Part shown: piece by piece, positions 9,261-18,930 of the stretch
How the letters are laid out: each line of letters starts with the position of its first letter
Position numbering within the stretch: the stretch's first letter is position 1
Notes under the pieces: generated by a model
The model's database searches: none
What the model saw: the letters and a program-made list of their open reading frames with translations, nothing else
Told to the model about the DNA's origin: nothing
DNA from: a plasmid
Sequence record: NZ_CP119397.1
DNA: 64,000 nucleotides
Direction: 5' to 3' (one strand)
Made by a program: the position numbers and the translations under genes

Positions 9261-10565
9261 CTAGAGTTTCCCTAATACGCGGAACCAGGCGTAATCCAGC
9301 GGCAGCAACACCAGAAAAGTGACCACCGCCAGCGCGAGGCACAGCAGCATACCGGCGCGCACCGGCACCTTGCCCAGCGCCATTGCCACCACGATCGGCG
9401 AGGCCTGATAGGGCAGCAGCGGCGTGGAGTAGCCCAATACCTGGATCATGATCACCGACAGCAGCGGGAAGCCGGTGGCATCCGCGAACTGTTGCGCCAG
9501 TGTGGTGTAAAGCGCCGGCACGCCGTTGGCGGTCATGATGAAATTCAGGGCAGAGGTGATGCCGGTCAGCGCCACAAAACTGGTGAACGGGCGCGCCGGG
9601 TCCAGCGGCAGGGCGTGCAGCAGCGCCTGCCCGACGGCGGTGCCGATGCCGGTATGTGTCACGGTCACCGCCAGCCCCAGGATCCCCGCCACATAAATGC
9701 AGGTTCGCAGGTTCACGCCGGAGGCGAACTCCTCGCCGGTTATAAACCCCACCCGCGGCAGCAGCGTCACACAGGCGGCGGCCAGCCCCGTCCAGGCCGG
9801 GCCGATGCCGTGCCAGCCCTCGGTGACCCACATCCCCAGCACCGCCGCCAGCAGCCAGGCCAGCCGCTTCTCTGCCCCGCTCATCGGCGCAGGCGCGGCG
9901 GTATGGCGCGGGGGATGCGGCTGCCCCGGAAAGAGGCGGTGAATAAGCAGGATCAGCACCAGCCCTTTCAGGATGCCGAGCACCGGCGTGTGCAGCAGCA
10001 GGTAAGAGAGGTAACCAAAATGCAGGCCGAATGCCCCCTCTGCCGCGCCGCTCATCACCAGATTAGGGACGTTGGCGGGCAGAATGGTGGCGGAAAGCTG
10101 GAAGGTGCCGAACCCCACCGCCAGCGCCAGCCCATACCAGGCGCGGGTGCCCTCCTGAATACCGGCGCGTGCACCCATCGCGGCCACCACCGGCATCAGC
10201 AGCGCGATGCGCCCCATATTGGACGGCATCACAAAGGCCAGCGCATAGCTCAGCAACACCACCGTCGCCACCATCCGCAGCCAGGAACCCGTCAGCCTTG
10301 CTGACAGCGCGCCCGCCACCCGGTCGGCCAGCCCGGTTTTACGGATCGCCACGCCCAGCACAAAGCCGCTGAACACCAGCCAGAACGCCGAGGAGGCGAA
10401 GCCGCCGAAAATGACCTCCGGCGGCGCGATGTGTGCCGCCATCGCCACGGTGAAAAACAGCAGCGCGGTGAGGAATTCCGGCAGCAGCGAGGTCGCCCAC
10501 AGCAGCAGGGTGACGCCCACCACCGCCGAGGGGAGAAACAGAGGGTGTGATAACCAGAGTGACAT
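9261..10565 (-). CDS. Anion permease (DASS/SLC13-like or ArsB/NhaD-superfamily ion transporter)
   Basis: ~434 aa polytopic membrane protein starting at MSLWLSHPLF (ATG 10565, AGGGA RBS). The long N-terminal extension in the ORF track is not coding. Confidence 0.55.
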   Translation of the reverse strand: MSLWLSHPLFLPSAVVGVTLLLWATSLLPEFLTALLFFTVAMAAHIAPPEVIFGGFASSAFWLVFSGFVLGVAIRKTGLADRVAGALSARLTGSWLRMVATVVLLSYALAFVMPSNMGRIALLMPVVAAMGARAGIQEGTRAWYGLALAVGFGTFQLSATILPANVPNLVMSGAAEGAFGLHFGYLSYLLLHTPVLGILKGLVLILLIHRLFPGQPHPPRHTAAPAPMSGAEKRLAWLLAAVLGMWVTEGWHGIGPAWTGLAAACVTLLPRVGFITGEEFASGVNLRTCIYVAGILGLAVTVTHTGIGTAVGQALLHALPLDPARPFTSFVALTGITSALNFIMTANGVPALYTTLAQQFADATGFPLLSVIMIQVLGYSTPLLPYQASPIVVAMALGKVPVRAGMLLCLALAVVTFLVLLPLDYAWFRVLGKL

Positions 10566-10603
10566 TTCCGTCCCTTGTCTTTTTTCCGTGGGGTAAGCGG
10601 GGG

Positions 10604-11236
10604 TCAGCAGCCGAAACAGTGTTGCAGGGCCAGGTGGGGGCTGGTCAGGGGGCGGCGCGGCGGCGGGAAATTGCGCACTGCCGGGGTCATTGACACCTGC
10701 GCCAGCGCCACATGCTCCGCGCCTTGCCGGTAAGCCTGTTGCGCCGCCTCCGCAATCTGGGACAGATAGCGCGCGTGGTGGCCCGCTTTGAACGCTTCCC
10801 AGGCACCGGCGATCAAGTGCACCTCCGGCTGCTGTTCCGGCGCGAGGCCGGGCGGGCAGAACAGGGCGGTGGTGGACGCCAGCGTTGAAGGGGCGGCGCA
10901 CAGCACCACGGATTTTCCCGGCAGGGCGTGCAGGGCATCTGCCAGCAGTTTATCGGTTCTGAGCACCGGGCAGGGGCCGGCGGGGATATCCTCCACCACC
11001 GGCCCCAGGGTGGAGCAGGTTATCAGGATGGCATCGAAAAAGGGTGTCAGGTTTTGCAGGAAGCCGGCCAGCCTGGCCCGTTGTTCTGCCGTCAGGCCGC
11101 CGCTTTTTTCCGCCTCCTCCAGCCAGTGCGGCACCACAATATGGCTGAGGCGGGTAGCGGGAATGGCAAGCGAATTCGCCGCCTCATCAAACACAGCGAT
11201 ATTGCCGGCAGCGGTATGTAAACAGGCGACGGTCAT
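10604..11236 (-). CDS. Asp/Glu/hydantoin racemase family protein (arylmalonate decarboxylase / maleate isomerase-like)
   Basis: 210 aa with a DAILITCSTLGP-type cysteine motif. It forms an operon with the downstream permease (39-nt gap). Confidence 0.55.
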   Translation of the reverse strand: MTVACLHTAAGNIAVFDEAANSLAIPATRLSHIVVPHWLEEAEKSGGLTAEQRARLAGFLQNLTPFFDAILITCSTLGPVVEDIPAGPCPVLRTDKLLADALHALPGKSVVLCAAPSTLASTTALFCPPGLAPEQQPEVHLIAGAWEAFKAGHHARYLSQIAEAAQQAYRQGAEHVALAQVSMTPAVRNFPPPRRPLTSPHLALQHCFGC

Positions 11237-11324
11237 GGGCTCTCCCTAAAATACGGCATGTTTTATCGGTTAACGACACTATCTATTAGCAGAAAACATC
11301 ACCGCCCGCCGGTTTGTTTTACCG

Positions 11325-11756
11325 TTATGTCCGGCAGGTCTCTTTGGCGATCCACTTGCCGCGCAGGGCGTCCCACACCCAGTTCCACGCCAGGGTATAG
11401 GGCAGGAAGAACAGGAAAAAGGCGACTTCAATCAGGAAAGCCTGCCATAACGAAATCGACAGCATATACGCCGCAATCGGCAGGCCGATCAGGATAAACC
11501 CGCCCTCGAACCCCATCGCGTGGCAGGCGCGCAGCAGCAACCGGCGTTTGTTGGCCGGTGGGAAGAAACGGTCAAACAGCGTGTTGTAAACCATATTCCA
11601 CAGCATCGCGACCGTGGAGAGCGCCACCGCCAGCGCCCCCATATCAAACAGGGGTTTATCCATCACCCAGGCGGCCAGCGGCGACACCGTAAGAATCGCC
11701 GTCACCTCAAATCCCACCGCGTGTAAAATCCGCTCTTTCAGTGAACGTGACTGCAT
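11325..11756 (-). CDS. PACE-family efflux transporter (AceI-like, two bacterial-transmembrane-pair domains)
   Basis: 143 aa, 4 TM. RILHAVGFE and HAMGFEGG repeats match the BTP/AceI signature. A divergent LysR gene is adjacent, as in the aceI/aceR pair. Confidence 0.7.
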   Translation of the reverse strand: MQSRSLKERILHAVGFEVTAILTVSPLAAWVMDKPLFDMGALAVALSTVAMLWNMVYNTLFDRFFPPANKRRLLLRACHAMGFEGGFILIGLPIAAYMLSISLWQAFLIEVAFFLFFLPYTLAWNWVWDALRGKWIAKETCRT

Positions 11757-11846
11757 AGCCTCTCCTTACACTAATCAGGGGGGCTATATTCATCGTTTTT
11801 TATGCAAGAATAAAATGAGTTCCCATCGAAAAAAGCGATAGATGAT

Positions 11847-12734
11847 ATGCGGTATTCACCGGAAGCGTTAAGCGCATTTGTACAAGCTGCTGAAAGCGGC
11901 TCATTTTCCGCAGCGGCGCGGGCGTTGGGGAAAAGCCAGTCCACCATCAGCACCGCGATTGCCAATCTGGAGATCGATCTTGGCGTGCTGCTGTTTGACC
12001 GCTCAGGCCGGAAACCGCAGCTCACCGAGTCGGGGCAGCGCGTGCTGGCGCAGGCGCAGGAGATCCTTCAGGCGGCGCAGCGGCTGGATGAGCTGGCGCT
12101 GCGGCTCGGCGGCCAGGTGGAGCCGAGGCTGAGCATGGCGATCTCGGATTTCTGGCAGGCCGATCACCATGAGCTGCTGCTGCGCCGTTTTTCCGAACGT
12201 TACCCGGACATCGAGTTTGAATGCATGATTGCCGAAGATGAAGATGTGCTGGCGCTGCTGCAACAGGGCAGGGCGCACCTCGGGGTGATCCGCAGCCAGG
12301 CGCAGCTTCCCGGTGATATCGCGACGGCCAGGTTGCAGATAAAGCCGGAAATCGCTGTCTGGCTGCATCAGTCCCACCCGCTGGCACACCAGCCGCAGGT
12401 GGAGATGGAACAGCTGAAAACGGTACGCCAGTTGCGCCTGAACACCTGGCTGCATAACTGCCGCCAGGAGACCACCGGGCGCGTCTGGTCTGCGCCCTCC
12501 TACCTGTTATTGCTGGAGATGGCTGAACAGGGGTTTGGCTGGGCGGTTTTACCGCGCTGGCTGGTGGAGCAGTTTGGCCATAACGTCTTAAAGGCGTTGC
12601 CGATGCCCGGCTGGCCGCAACAGATCACGGTGGATGCCGTCTGGAGCCGCGTGACCCCGCCCGGCCCGGCAGGCCAGTGGATGCGTGATCAGCTCTGCGC
12701 GCAGCGCGCAGAAGAGGCCGGGCAGGGCAACTGA
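11847..12734 (+). CDS. LysR family transcriptional regulator (AceR-like partner of the PACE pump)
   Basis: N-terminal wHTH (SFSAAARALGKSQSTISTAIANLE) plus a substrate-binding domain. Divergent from the PACE gene. Confidence 0.8.
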   Translation: MRYSPEALSAFVQAAESGSFSAAARALGKSQSTISTAIANLEIDLGVLLFDRSGRKPQLTESGQRVLAQAQEILQAAQRLDELALRLGGQVEPRLSMAISDFWQADHHELLLRRFSERYPDIEFECMIAEDEDVLALLQQGRAHLGVIRSQAQLPGDIATARLQIKPEIAVWLHQSHPLAHQPQVEMEQLKTVRQLRLNTWLHNCRQETTGRVWSAPSYLLLLEMAEQGFGWAVLPRWLVEQFGHNVLKALPMPGWPQQITVDAVWSRVTPPGPAGQWMRDQLCAQRAEEAGQGN

Positions 12735-12996
12735 GGCGGGTGCTTCAATCACTCAGGCGATTGCCATGCCATCACGCGGATGCTGCCGTGGCAGCGGAAC
12801 CGCGCCCACAGCGAGGCAGGTAAGGGCGGTGGCCTGTGCCTTACTGCCTGTTATCTCAAGGGGGAAAAGGTTTTTTGCGGAGGTGGTATGCGAACGGCCG
12901 GGTTGTGCCGGGCGCGGATGTTGCTGACCTGGCTGCACATAAACATACAGATATCGGTTCTCCTGATATCTGTATGCGATGTTTTTATTCATAATG

Positions 12997-13386
12997 TTAA
13001 GGGATCCGGGCGATGACCTTTATCTCAAAATCAAAGCCCGCCAGCCAGTTAACACCCACGGCTGTCCAGTTCGGATACGGCGGCGTGGGGAAAACGGTTT
13101 GTTTCACCTGCATAACGGTGGGGAATTGATTCTCCGGATCGGTATGGAAGGTTGTCACATCGATAAGATCGTCAAACGTACACCCTGCAGCGGCAAGCGT
13201 GGCCTTGAGATTATCAAAGGCACGCTCTACCTGCGTTGCAAAGACGGGCTCAGGTGTACCGTCTTCCCGGCTACCCACCTGTCCGGAAACAAACAGTAAA
13301 TCGCCAGAGCGGATCGCGGCAGAATAACCATGCTTCTCATAGAGAGCGTGGCGATTTGCAGGAAAAACGGGTTGCGGCTGGTTCAT
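12997..13386 (-). CDS. RidA/YjgF-like family protein (second copy)
   Basis: 129 aa with the YjgF fold signature (SGQVGS...FDFEIKVIA). Confidence 0.65.
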   Translation of the reverse strand: MNQPQPVFPANRHALYEKHGYSAAIRSGDLLFVSGQVGSREDGTPEPVFATQVERAFDNLKATLAAAGCTFDDLIDVTTFHTDPENQFPTVMQVKQTVFPTPPYPNWTAVGVNWLAGFDFEIKVIARIP

Positions 13387-13444
13387 AACGTCTCCTTTTT
13401 GCGGTTGTGCGACAGCGGATGCGCGGCATAAACAAATGAATTAA

Positions 13445-13491
13445 TATACGCGGCGTATGTAAACTTAATCACACATACGCGGCGTATGTCA
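13445..13491. promoter_or_regulatory. Two direct copies of ATACGCGGCGTATGT(A/C)AAACT (with internal near-palindrome TACGCGGCGTA) immediately upstream of tetR; candidate TetR operators
   Basis: Seen directly: 20-bp repeats 6 bp apart, 35-80 bp upstream of the TetR ATG at 13527. Confidence 0.4.
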
Positions 13492-13526
13492 AACTACTTA
13501 CGCTGCGTCTGCTGTAAGGAGACCGC

Positions 13527-14129
13527 ATGGCTGCCAAACGCCGCGCCGAAACGATGGAAGAAACCCGCACCAAGTTGATTGCGGCCGCACGAAAAGCCTT
13601 TGCCGAAAAAGGGTTTGCAGCCGCATCAATGGATGATTTGACCGCCAGTGTCGGGCTGACCCGTGGGGCCCTGTACCATAATTTTGGGGATAAAAAAGGG
13701 TTGCTTGCTGCGGTGGTTACGCAGATAGATTCTGAAATGGCGCAAAGCGCTAAACGTGCAGCGGCACATTCCGGTGATGACCAGCAAAAGCTGCTGGCTG
13801 AAGGGATAGCCTATATCAAGATGGCCCTGGATGAAGAAGTCCGGCGCATCGTGCTGCTTGATGGCCCGGCTTTTCTGGGGGATCCGACAAAATGGCCGAG
13901 CCAGAATAACTGCCTCGACGCCACTCGCGAAAGCATTTCAGATCTGATTGAACGCGGCTTAATCAAACCGGTAGATGTCGATGCCACTGCCTGGCTGTTA
14001 AATGGTGCTGCCCTGAATGCCGCCCAGTGGGTGGCCGCCAGCGCAGATCCGCAGCAGGCATTACCTAAAGCGATTCAGGTTTTTACCCTGTTGGTGAATG
14101 GCCTGCTGGAGGGTGCCACACGGCCATAA
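13527..14129 (+). CDS. TetR family transcriptional regulator
   Basis: N-terminal HTH (AFAEKGFAAASMDDLTASVGLTRGALYHNFGDKKGL). Confidence 0.8.
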   Translation: MAAKRRAETMEETRTKLIAAARKAFAEKGFAAASMDDLTASVGLTRGALYHNFGDKKGLLAAVVTQIDSEMAQSAKRAAAHSGDDQQKLLAEGIAYIKMALDEEVRRIVLLDGPAFLGDPTKWPSQNNCLDATRESISDLIERGLIKPVDVDATAWLLNGAALNAAQWVAASADPQQALPKAIQVFTLLVNGLLEGATRP

Positions 14130-14233
14130 CGCCCCATGCGCACCCTGAATGGTCGTTAATAAGCATACCGGGGGTTGATGAAATTAAGCCGGACATGTCA
14201 TGGGCTTACGTGTCATTAGCCCTGTTTCTCCCG

Positions 14234-14758
14234 TTATGAGCAAAACAGATGCTCAACCTCCAGCCAACTGCCTACCCGCCGAAAACCGCTGACCTGCCGG
14301 TTATGAGGGGCAGAAAATAAGATCCCTTCCCCTCTGAAATGCTCAAAATGGCGCGCATTATCATCAATCAGATAATCTGCGTTCAGGATGCTTTTATTAC
14401 CACAGAAGACGATATTCATCGGGCTGATAAAGGAGAAATGTTTGGCCAGCCACTGGAATTTGGCATTAAACGACAGCGGAAATTCCATCGCCGCGGTGGT
14501 GATAAACACCTCATAGGTTTCGGTCAGTTTTTTGATGACCTCCTGGCTGTGCGGTATGACATCCAGATCGGCAAAAAAGCCCGCTTCGCCGATCATCTCT
14601 TCAACCTGCTCTCTGAGTTCCGGATGGAGTTGCTGGATGGTTAACCCCTCCAGGTCAGCCAGGCTGATTTGCAGAGCAAACCGGCTATTAAAGCTCGGGA
14701 TTATCTTGCTGTTAAAGTCAGCAATCACCTCATCCATATCAATCGCAATTCTCTTCAT
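14234..14758 (-). CDS. 5'(3')-deoxyribonucleotidase (HAD superfamily, NT5C family)
   Basis: 174 aa with the N-terminal IAIDMDEVIADF HAD motif I and the length typical of NT5C-type nucleotidases. AT-richer than its surroundings. Confidence 0.6.
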   Translation of the reverse strand: MKRIAIDMDEVIADFNSKIIPSFNSRFALQISLADLEGLTIQQLHPELREQVEEMIGEAGFFADLDVIPHSQEVIKKLTETYEVFITTAAMEFPLSFNAKFQWLAKHFSFISPMNIVFCGNKSILNADYLIDDNARHFEHFRGEGILFSAPHNRQVSGFRRVGSWLEVEHLFCS

Positions 14759-14839
14759 TGGATATCCTCTGTTTTCAGACCCGCAACGAGAAAAATAGGG
14801 TGGCAGACATCACGCATTGGATGCTTATCAGGCATTCCT

Positions 14840-15166
14840 TTACTGCTGTTCTCCCGCCTGGACGCGGGAGCGGTTAGCGTTTCCCCATTCGCAAAGAGGT
14901 TGTAACGCCTGCGCCAGTGTACGTCCAAACTCAGTAATGCTGTATTCAACCCTGGGCGGCACCTCCTGGAAATCGTGTCTTATCAGAATGCCATCTTCAG
15001 TGAGCGATTTAAGTTGCTGAATTAACACCTTTTCACTGATGCCTGCCGTCAGGCGCTTGAGTTCGCCAAAGCGGCGCGGACTAAACTGTAAATGGAACAA
15101 CAGCAGAGGTTTCCATTTCCCGCCAATATAATGCAACGCCACATCAAGGCCGCAGACCGGCTCCAT
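14840..15166 (-). CDS. HxlR family (MarR-like, DUF24) transcriptional regulator
   Basis: 108 aa with CGLDVALHYIGGKWK...L...GISEKVLIQQLK wHTH. Confidence 0.75.
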   Translation of the reverse strand: MEPVCGLDVALHYIGGKWKPLLLFHLQFSPRRFGELKRLTAGISEKVLIQQLKSLTEDGILIRHDFQEVPPRVEYSITEFGRTLAQALQPLCEWGNANRSRVQAGEQQ

Positions 15167-15259
15167 AACTTTTCCTTCATACTTACCTTTTGGTAGGTAC
15201 TATTATATATGAAAGTATAGCGTTACTCTCTTCTTCTACTTCGCAACCGGGATAAAAAC

Positions 15260-16009
15260 ATGGGCAAGCTGGAAGGAAAAGTCGTGGTCATCACTGGCGC
15301 TAACAGCGGTATTGGACTGGCATCGGCAAAGCGTTTTGCCGCGGAGGGCGCGCAACTCTTTATGACGGGGCGCCGTGCAGGCGAACTTGAAAAAGCGGTT
15401 TTTGAAGTAGGTCATAATGCGGTCGGGATACCCAGTGATATCTCGAAAATGCAGGATGTGGAGGCGTTGTTTCAGGAAGTCCAGCGGCAGGCCGGGCATA
15501 TTGACGTACTCTTCGCCAACGCCGGCGGCGGAGAGTTCGCCCCTTTGGCAGATATTACCGAAGCGCATTACTACCGAATCTTTGACACTAATGTTAAAGG
15601 CACGCTTTTTACCGTACAGAAAGCGCTGCCTCTACTGAAAGAGGGGGCTTCTGTCATACTGACCGGTTCCACCAGCGCCACGACCGGTGTGCCGGCATTT
15701 AGCGTCTACAGCGCCAGCAAAGCTGCCGTGCGTAATTTTGCCCGGGCGTGGATCCTTGAACTGGCGCCGAGAAAGATTCGGGTCAATATCCTGGTACCGG
15801 GCGCAACCTCAACACCGGGCTGGCATGGCCTTTCGCCTGACGAGACATTAAACAGTGAAATGATCCGCGCGGTTGAATCCACAACGCCTCTGGGCCGGCT
15901 GGCTGAACCCGCGGAGGTGGCTGCCGCGGCACTGTTCCTGGCATCGGATGACAGCAGTTTCGTTAATGGAAGCGAAGTGTTTGTTGACGGCGGCTCAGCG
16001 CAAATCTAG
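15260..16009 (+). CDS. SDR family NAD(P)-dependent oxidoreductase
   Basis: TGANSGIG glycine motif and YxxxK catalytic motif (YSASKAAV). Confidence 0.85.
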   Translation: MGKLEGKVVVITGANSGIGLASAKRFAAEGAQLFMTGRRAGELEKAVFEVGHNAVGIPSDISKMQDVEALFQEVQRQAGHIDVLFANAGGGEFAPLADITEAHYYRIFDTNVKGTLFTVQKALPLLKEGASVILTGSTSATTGVPAFSVYSASKAAVRNFARAWILELAPRKIRVNILVPGATSTPGWHGLSPDETLNSEMIRAVESTTPLGRLAEPAEVAAAALFLASDDSSFVNGSEVFVDGGSAQI

Positions 16010-16122
16010 CGATTACCTGCACTCCCTCGGCTTTTCAGAGGCCCGGTTTCGCCGGGCTTCTGTCTCTGAAGAAGAGCCGGCCCTCTCTGATAACCCGCTT
16101 CTGACACCGCTTCCTGGCGTAA

Positions 16123-16187
16123 TGTCCGCTCCCTGCTCAACGCGGACAGGGCCACGCGCCCGGCAGCCTGGTGCCGGAAGCGGACGT
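16123..16187. repeat. Copy 1 of ~60-bp inverted-repeat element (TGTCCGCtccctgCTCAacGCGGACA ... GTGCCGGAAGCGGACG)
   Basis: Seen directly. Family defined by L-end TGTCCGCTnnnCGCTCA, optional internal GCGGACA, and R-end CTGTGCCrrAAGCGGACA. Confidence 0.6.
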
Positions 16188-16229
16188 GGTTGAATTCACT
16201 GTCCGGATACGGGCCTCAAGACATTAATA

Positions 16230-17150
16230 TTATCCGTTCACCTCAGTGGTTCTGACGTTCTTCTCACCCCAGTAGGCTTTTGTCTCCACAATCTCTCCCG
16301 CCTCATTGAATTTCATTACGTCGATAACGTCGATAATGACGTTTTGCCCTCCCAGTTCTGTATGAATGGAGAACGCCATCGCAGCAGATTTCCCCTGCGT
16401 TGCCCGTACAGGTGCATTGAGCTCTACCCTGGAAGCCATCCCGTTTTTTACAAAAGACGCCAGGTTTTCTAACCCTGTAATCGGTGCTGTGCCTACCGGA
16501 TCCTCACCACTGAAATCCTGCGCAAACAAACCCAGAAAGGCATCGACATCTTTATTATTGATATGATCGAGATAGGAATGCAGCACACCTCGCATATGAG
16601 CTTCCGTAGGTGGTCGTAATGTATTGACATCAGGCATATATTTCGGAAGAAACGTCTCTTTTTCACCCTTAATAATTTGTATGTCATCCACACCCCAGTG
16701 AGCGTTTAGCGCCACAATTTTACCGTCTGCATTAAAGCGCATTACGTCTACCACCTGGATAAGCACTTCGTGGTCGCCAAAATCCATGTTAATTGTGAAA
16801 GCCATGGCCGCTGACCCACCGGGAGATGTGCGAATCGGAGCAGATAATTCCGCTTTTCGCATTGCAGACAGCCCCTCCCTGACGAAGGTTTCAATATGAC
16901 GTTTCCCGGAGACAGGATTTGCGCCCACCGGATCAATAATCACTGCGTCTTCCGCGTACATATCCAGGATTTTCTGAGGGTTCTTCTGGTTTAAGGCGTC
17001 AATATATTGAGTCAGAACCTCGTGCATATAGGCTTCAGTTGGAGAACAGGGGACCGACTCGCCTTTCATATATGCCTGAAGCACAACCTGCAAATCGGGT
17101 TGTGAATGCCCGCTATCTTTATTCATCACGCTATCCTCGCTAATTTTCAT
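16230..17150 (-). CDS. Tandem-duplicated SnoaL/NTF2-like (ketosteroid-isomerase fold) protein
   Basis: Two ~130 aa internal repeats (EAYMHEVLTQYIDALNQ... and EAHMRGVLHSYLDHINN...), each resembling an NTF2/SnoaL domain. Start taken at MKISEDS (GGAAGGTGG RBS). Confidence 0.55.
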   Translation of the reverse strand: MKISEDSVMNKDSGHSQPDLQVVLQAYMKGESVPCSPTEAYMHEVLTQYIDALNQKNPQKILDMYAEDAVIIDPVGANPVSGKRHIETFVREGLSAMRKAELSAPIRTSPGGSAAMAFTINMDFGDHEVLIQVVDVMRFNADGKIVALNAHWGVDDIQIIKGEKETFLPKYMPDVNTLRPPTEAHMRGVLHSYLDHINNKDVDAFLGLFAQDFSGEDPVGTAPITGLENLASFVKNGMASRVELNAPVRATQGKSAAMAFSIHTELGGQNVIIDVIDVMKFNEAGEIVETKAYWGEKNVRTTEVNG

Positions 17151-17445
17151 AGAGCCACCTTCCCGCTTTCGGTAGAACATGTCGGCACCATCAGCAATGA
17201 AAGATCACTATGTGGCCTCGTACTGTGCCACTGTCTCCTCAATACCGTTTATATCGTCATTACGAACAGTTGCTCACATTATGCACGGTTAACATGCCCC
17301 ACCTATTTACCGGCGGTAGCCGTAAATGAGCCGTTTCAGAATATACATTTATCAAAAACAGGAATAAATCGGCAAAAATAAGAAGATACTTCCCATATTT
17401 GGAAGGTTAAAGGGGGGTTAAGCGCTGCCAGGCTGAAGCGGAAAT

Positions 17446-17510
17446 GTCCGCTCCTCGCTCATAACGACCATAGGTTTATGCGGCGGTCTGTTTTGTGTCA
17501 GAAGCGGACG
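17446..17510. repeat. Copy 2 of the inverted-repeat element (L-end TGTCCGCTCCTCGCTCATAACGACCAT, R-end TGTGTCAGAAGCGGACG)
   Basis: Seen directly. Confidence 0.55.
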
Positions 17511-17846
17511 TTGGCTGAATTGAAAAAAATCGTGATGTGTTTTCATTAACGCAGATCGCCAAGGCCTTGGGTGCATCGGTGGCCGCAGAGGCGATTGACG
17601 CAGTGCAAACGATCGGTGCGGATGCCGTCCTTGGCTATAAGCAGCCGGTTCCAAAGACGCTGGACAGGCAGTACGCACGGCAGCCTGACAGTCGCGGATT
17701 GCGGCAGGCTCGTTAAGTCGGGCGGCGTCATTCTCGACATCACCCGTCGCCATCAACGCTGTTCCGCATATCCTTTCCCCCGGCCGAAAATTTGTGATGG
17801 CAAAGCAGCACATCGCGACGTTACATCCCTTGCAGACTGCGTGCGT

Positions 17847-18320
17847 TTAAATACGATGTGGGCGCGTGGCGAAGAAGACCACCGCGGCGCCGAGAGCGAC
17901 GATGAGCGTATCTTCAATCAGGCCGCTCTTGGTCTGCCCCATCGCTGCCATGGCCTTTTTGCGTGCCGCAAGCGTTGCATAGGCAAGTGGCACAGCGGCA
18001 GAGACAGCGATCGCTGCCCCGGTTTTTTCTTCTCCGCGGGGTGCCAATGCGGCGCCCGCAATCCCTGCACTGGCCACGCGTGCTGACAAGCCCAAAAACA
18101 CGGTGCGGTCCGGCGCTGACTTCATCTTGTCGCCAAAGAGTTCACCTACGCCCATCGCTAACGCGCCGTATTTGAATAGCGGACGGTCCAGCAGCAGGAG
18201 ACTGCCCGAGGTGTCGCGCCCGGCAGCGCGTGCTGTAGCCAGGGCCGCCATCGGCGTCATGGAACGGCAGCTGGCGACAAAGCCAATCAGGGCGGAATAA
18301 ACAAAATCGGTTATTTTCAT
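17847..18320 (-). CDS. DUF4126-like membrane protein
   Basis: 157 aa, Ala/Gly-rich, 4 predicted TM. Assignment from memory, low certainty. Confidence 0.45.
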   Translation of the reverse strand: MKITDFVYSALIGFVASCRSMTPMAALATARAAGRDTSGSLLLLDRPLFKYGALAMGVGELFGDKMKSAPDRTVFLGLSARVASAGIAGAALAPRGEEKTGAAIAVSAAVPLAYATLAARKKAMAAMGQTKSGLIEDTLIVALGAAVVFFATRPHRI

Positions 18321-18435
18321 TAGTTATCTCCCGGATAAACAGAGGTTTTTCCTTTTAGCGCTGAGTCGCATCCTGCAATGCCACAAGGATTTTTGCAGCC
18401 GGTGCGTGCCAGGCCATTCACTGTGCGCGGCCTCG

Positions 18436-18513
18436 TCGGCAAATGACTATTGCAATAGTCAGTATAGATGAACGGTTTGAGACGGCTGAAATGCCGGAAG
18501 TGGGAGGCGGAGG
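18436..18513. promoter_or_regulatory. Conserved ~78-bp upstream block A (GGCAAATGAC...CAGTATAGATGAAC...GCCGGAAGTGGGAGGC) upstream of the DUF4126 gene; contains a minus-strand TCTATACT sigma-S-like -10
   Basis: ~70% identical to the block at 31974-32050. A 14-bp core is identical in both. Confidence 0.45.
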
Positions 18514-18689
18514 AACGCGGAGCGCACGTCATTGCCGGGCCAAACCTCAGTGATAATCATCTGGCCGTCAGGTCGAGCGGCTACGGGCTTACTCCCTTCA
18601 TCGGCATGACTGTTCACCAGGAAGAGCTGATGCCGGACGGCCGCCTCCCGCTCAAAGCTGCCGGAGGTCTTCAATGGGCTTCAGAGTGC

Positions 18690-18742
18690 CAGATGCGGTC
18701 ATTTTGGCATTCGTCAGGCTGCTCTGTGCCAAAAGCGGACAT
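18690..18742. repeat. Copy 3 (diverged L-end; spacer + R-end 44/44 identical to copy at 24757-24800)
   Basis: CATTTTGGCATTCGTCAGGCTGCTCTGTGCCAAAAGCGGACAT identical in both places. Confidence 0.6.
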
Positions 18743-18930
18743 ATGTGCAGGGGTTACGCGTTTTTATTACCTATAGTCCCGGATTGAACAGGGTTACTGG
18801 CAGTTTTTGATGCGTTTTTGATGCATCTGGCAGAACGAACCTGAATGTGAGACCAACGCGCTTTCATCAACTTCTTTCAAAATAGAACCCGATAAGGTTA
18901 TGGTAGAAATTCTCCTTTAACTGGAAGCAG

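Noticed and set aside
9492-10304. 270-aa plus-strand ORF
   Set aside because: It is antisense to the anion permease gene, has low-complexity Arg/Gly/His content and no RBS.
17418-17813. 131-aa minus-strand ORF between the SnoaL-like gene and the DUF4126 gene
   Set aside because: Pro/Arg-rich low-complexity sequence with no RBS. The region more likely holds a repeat element and promoters.
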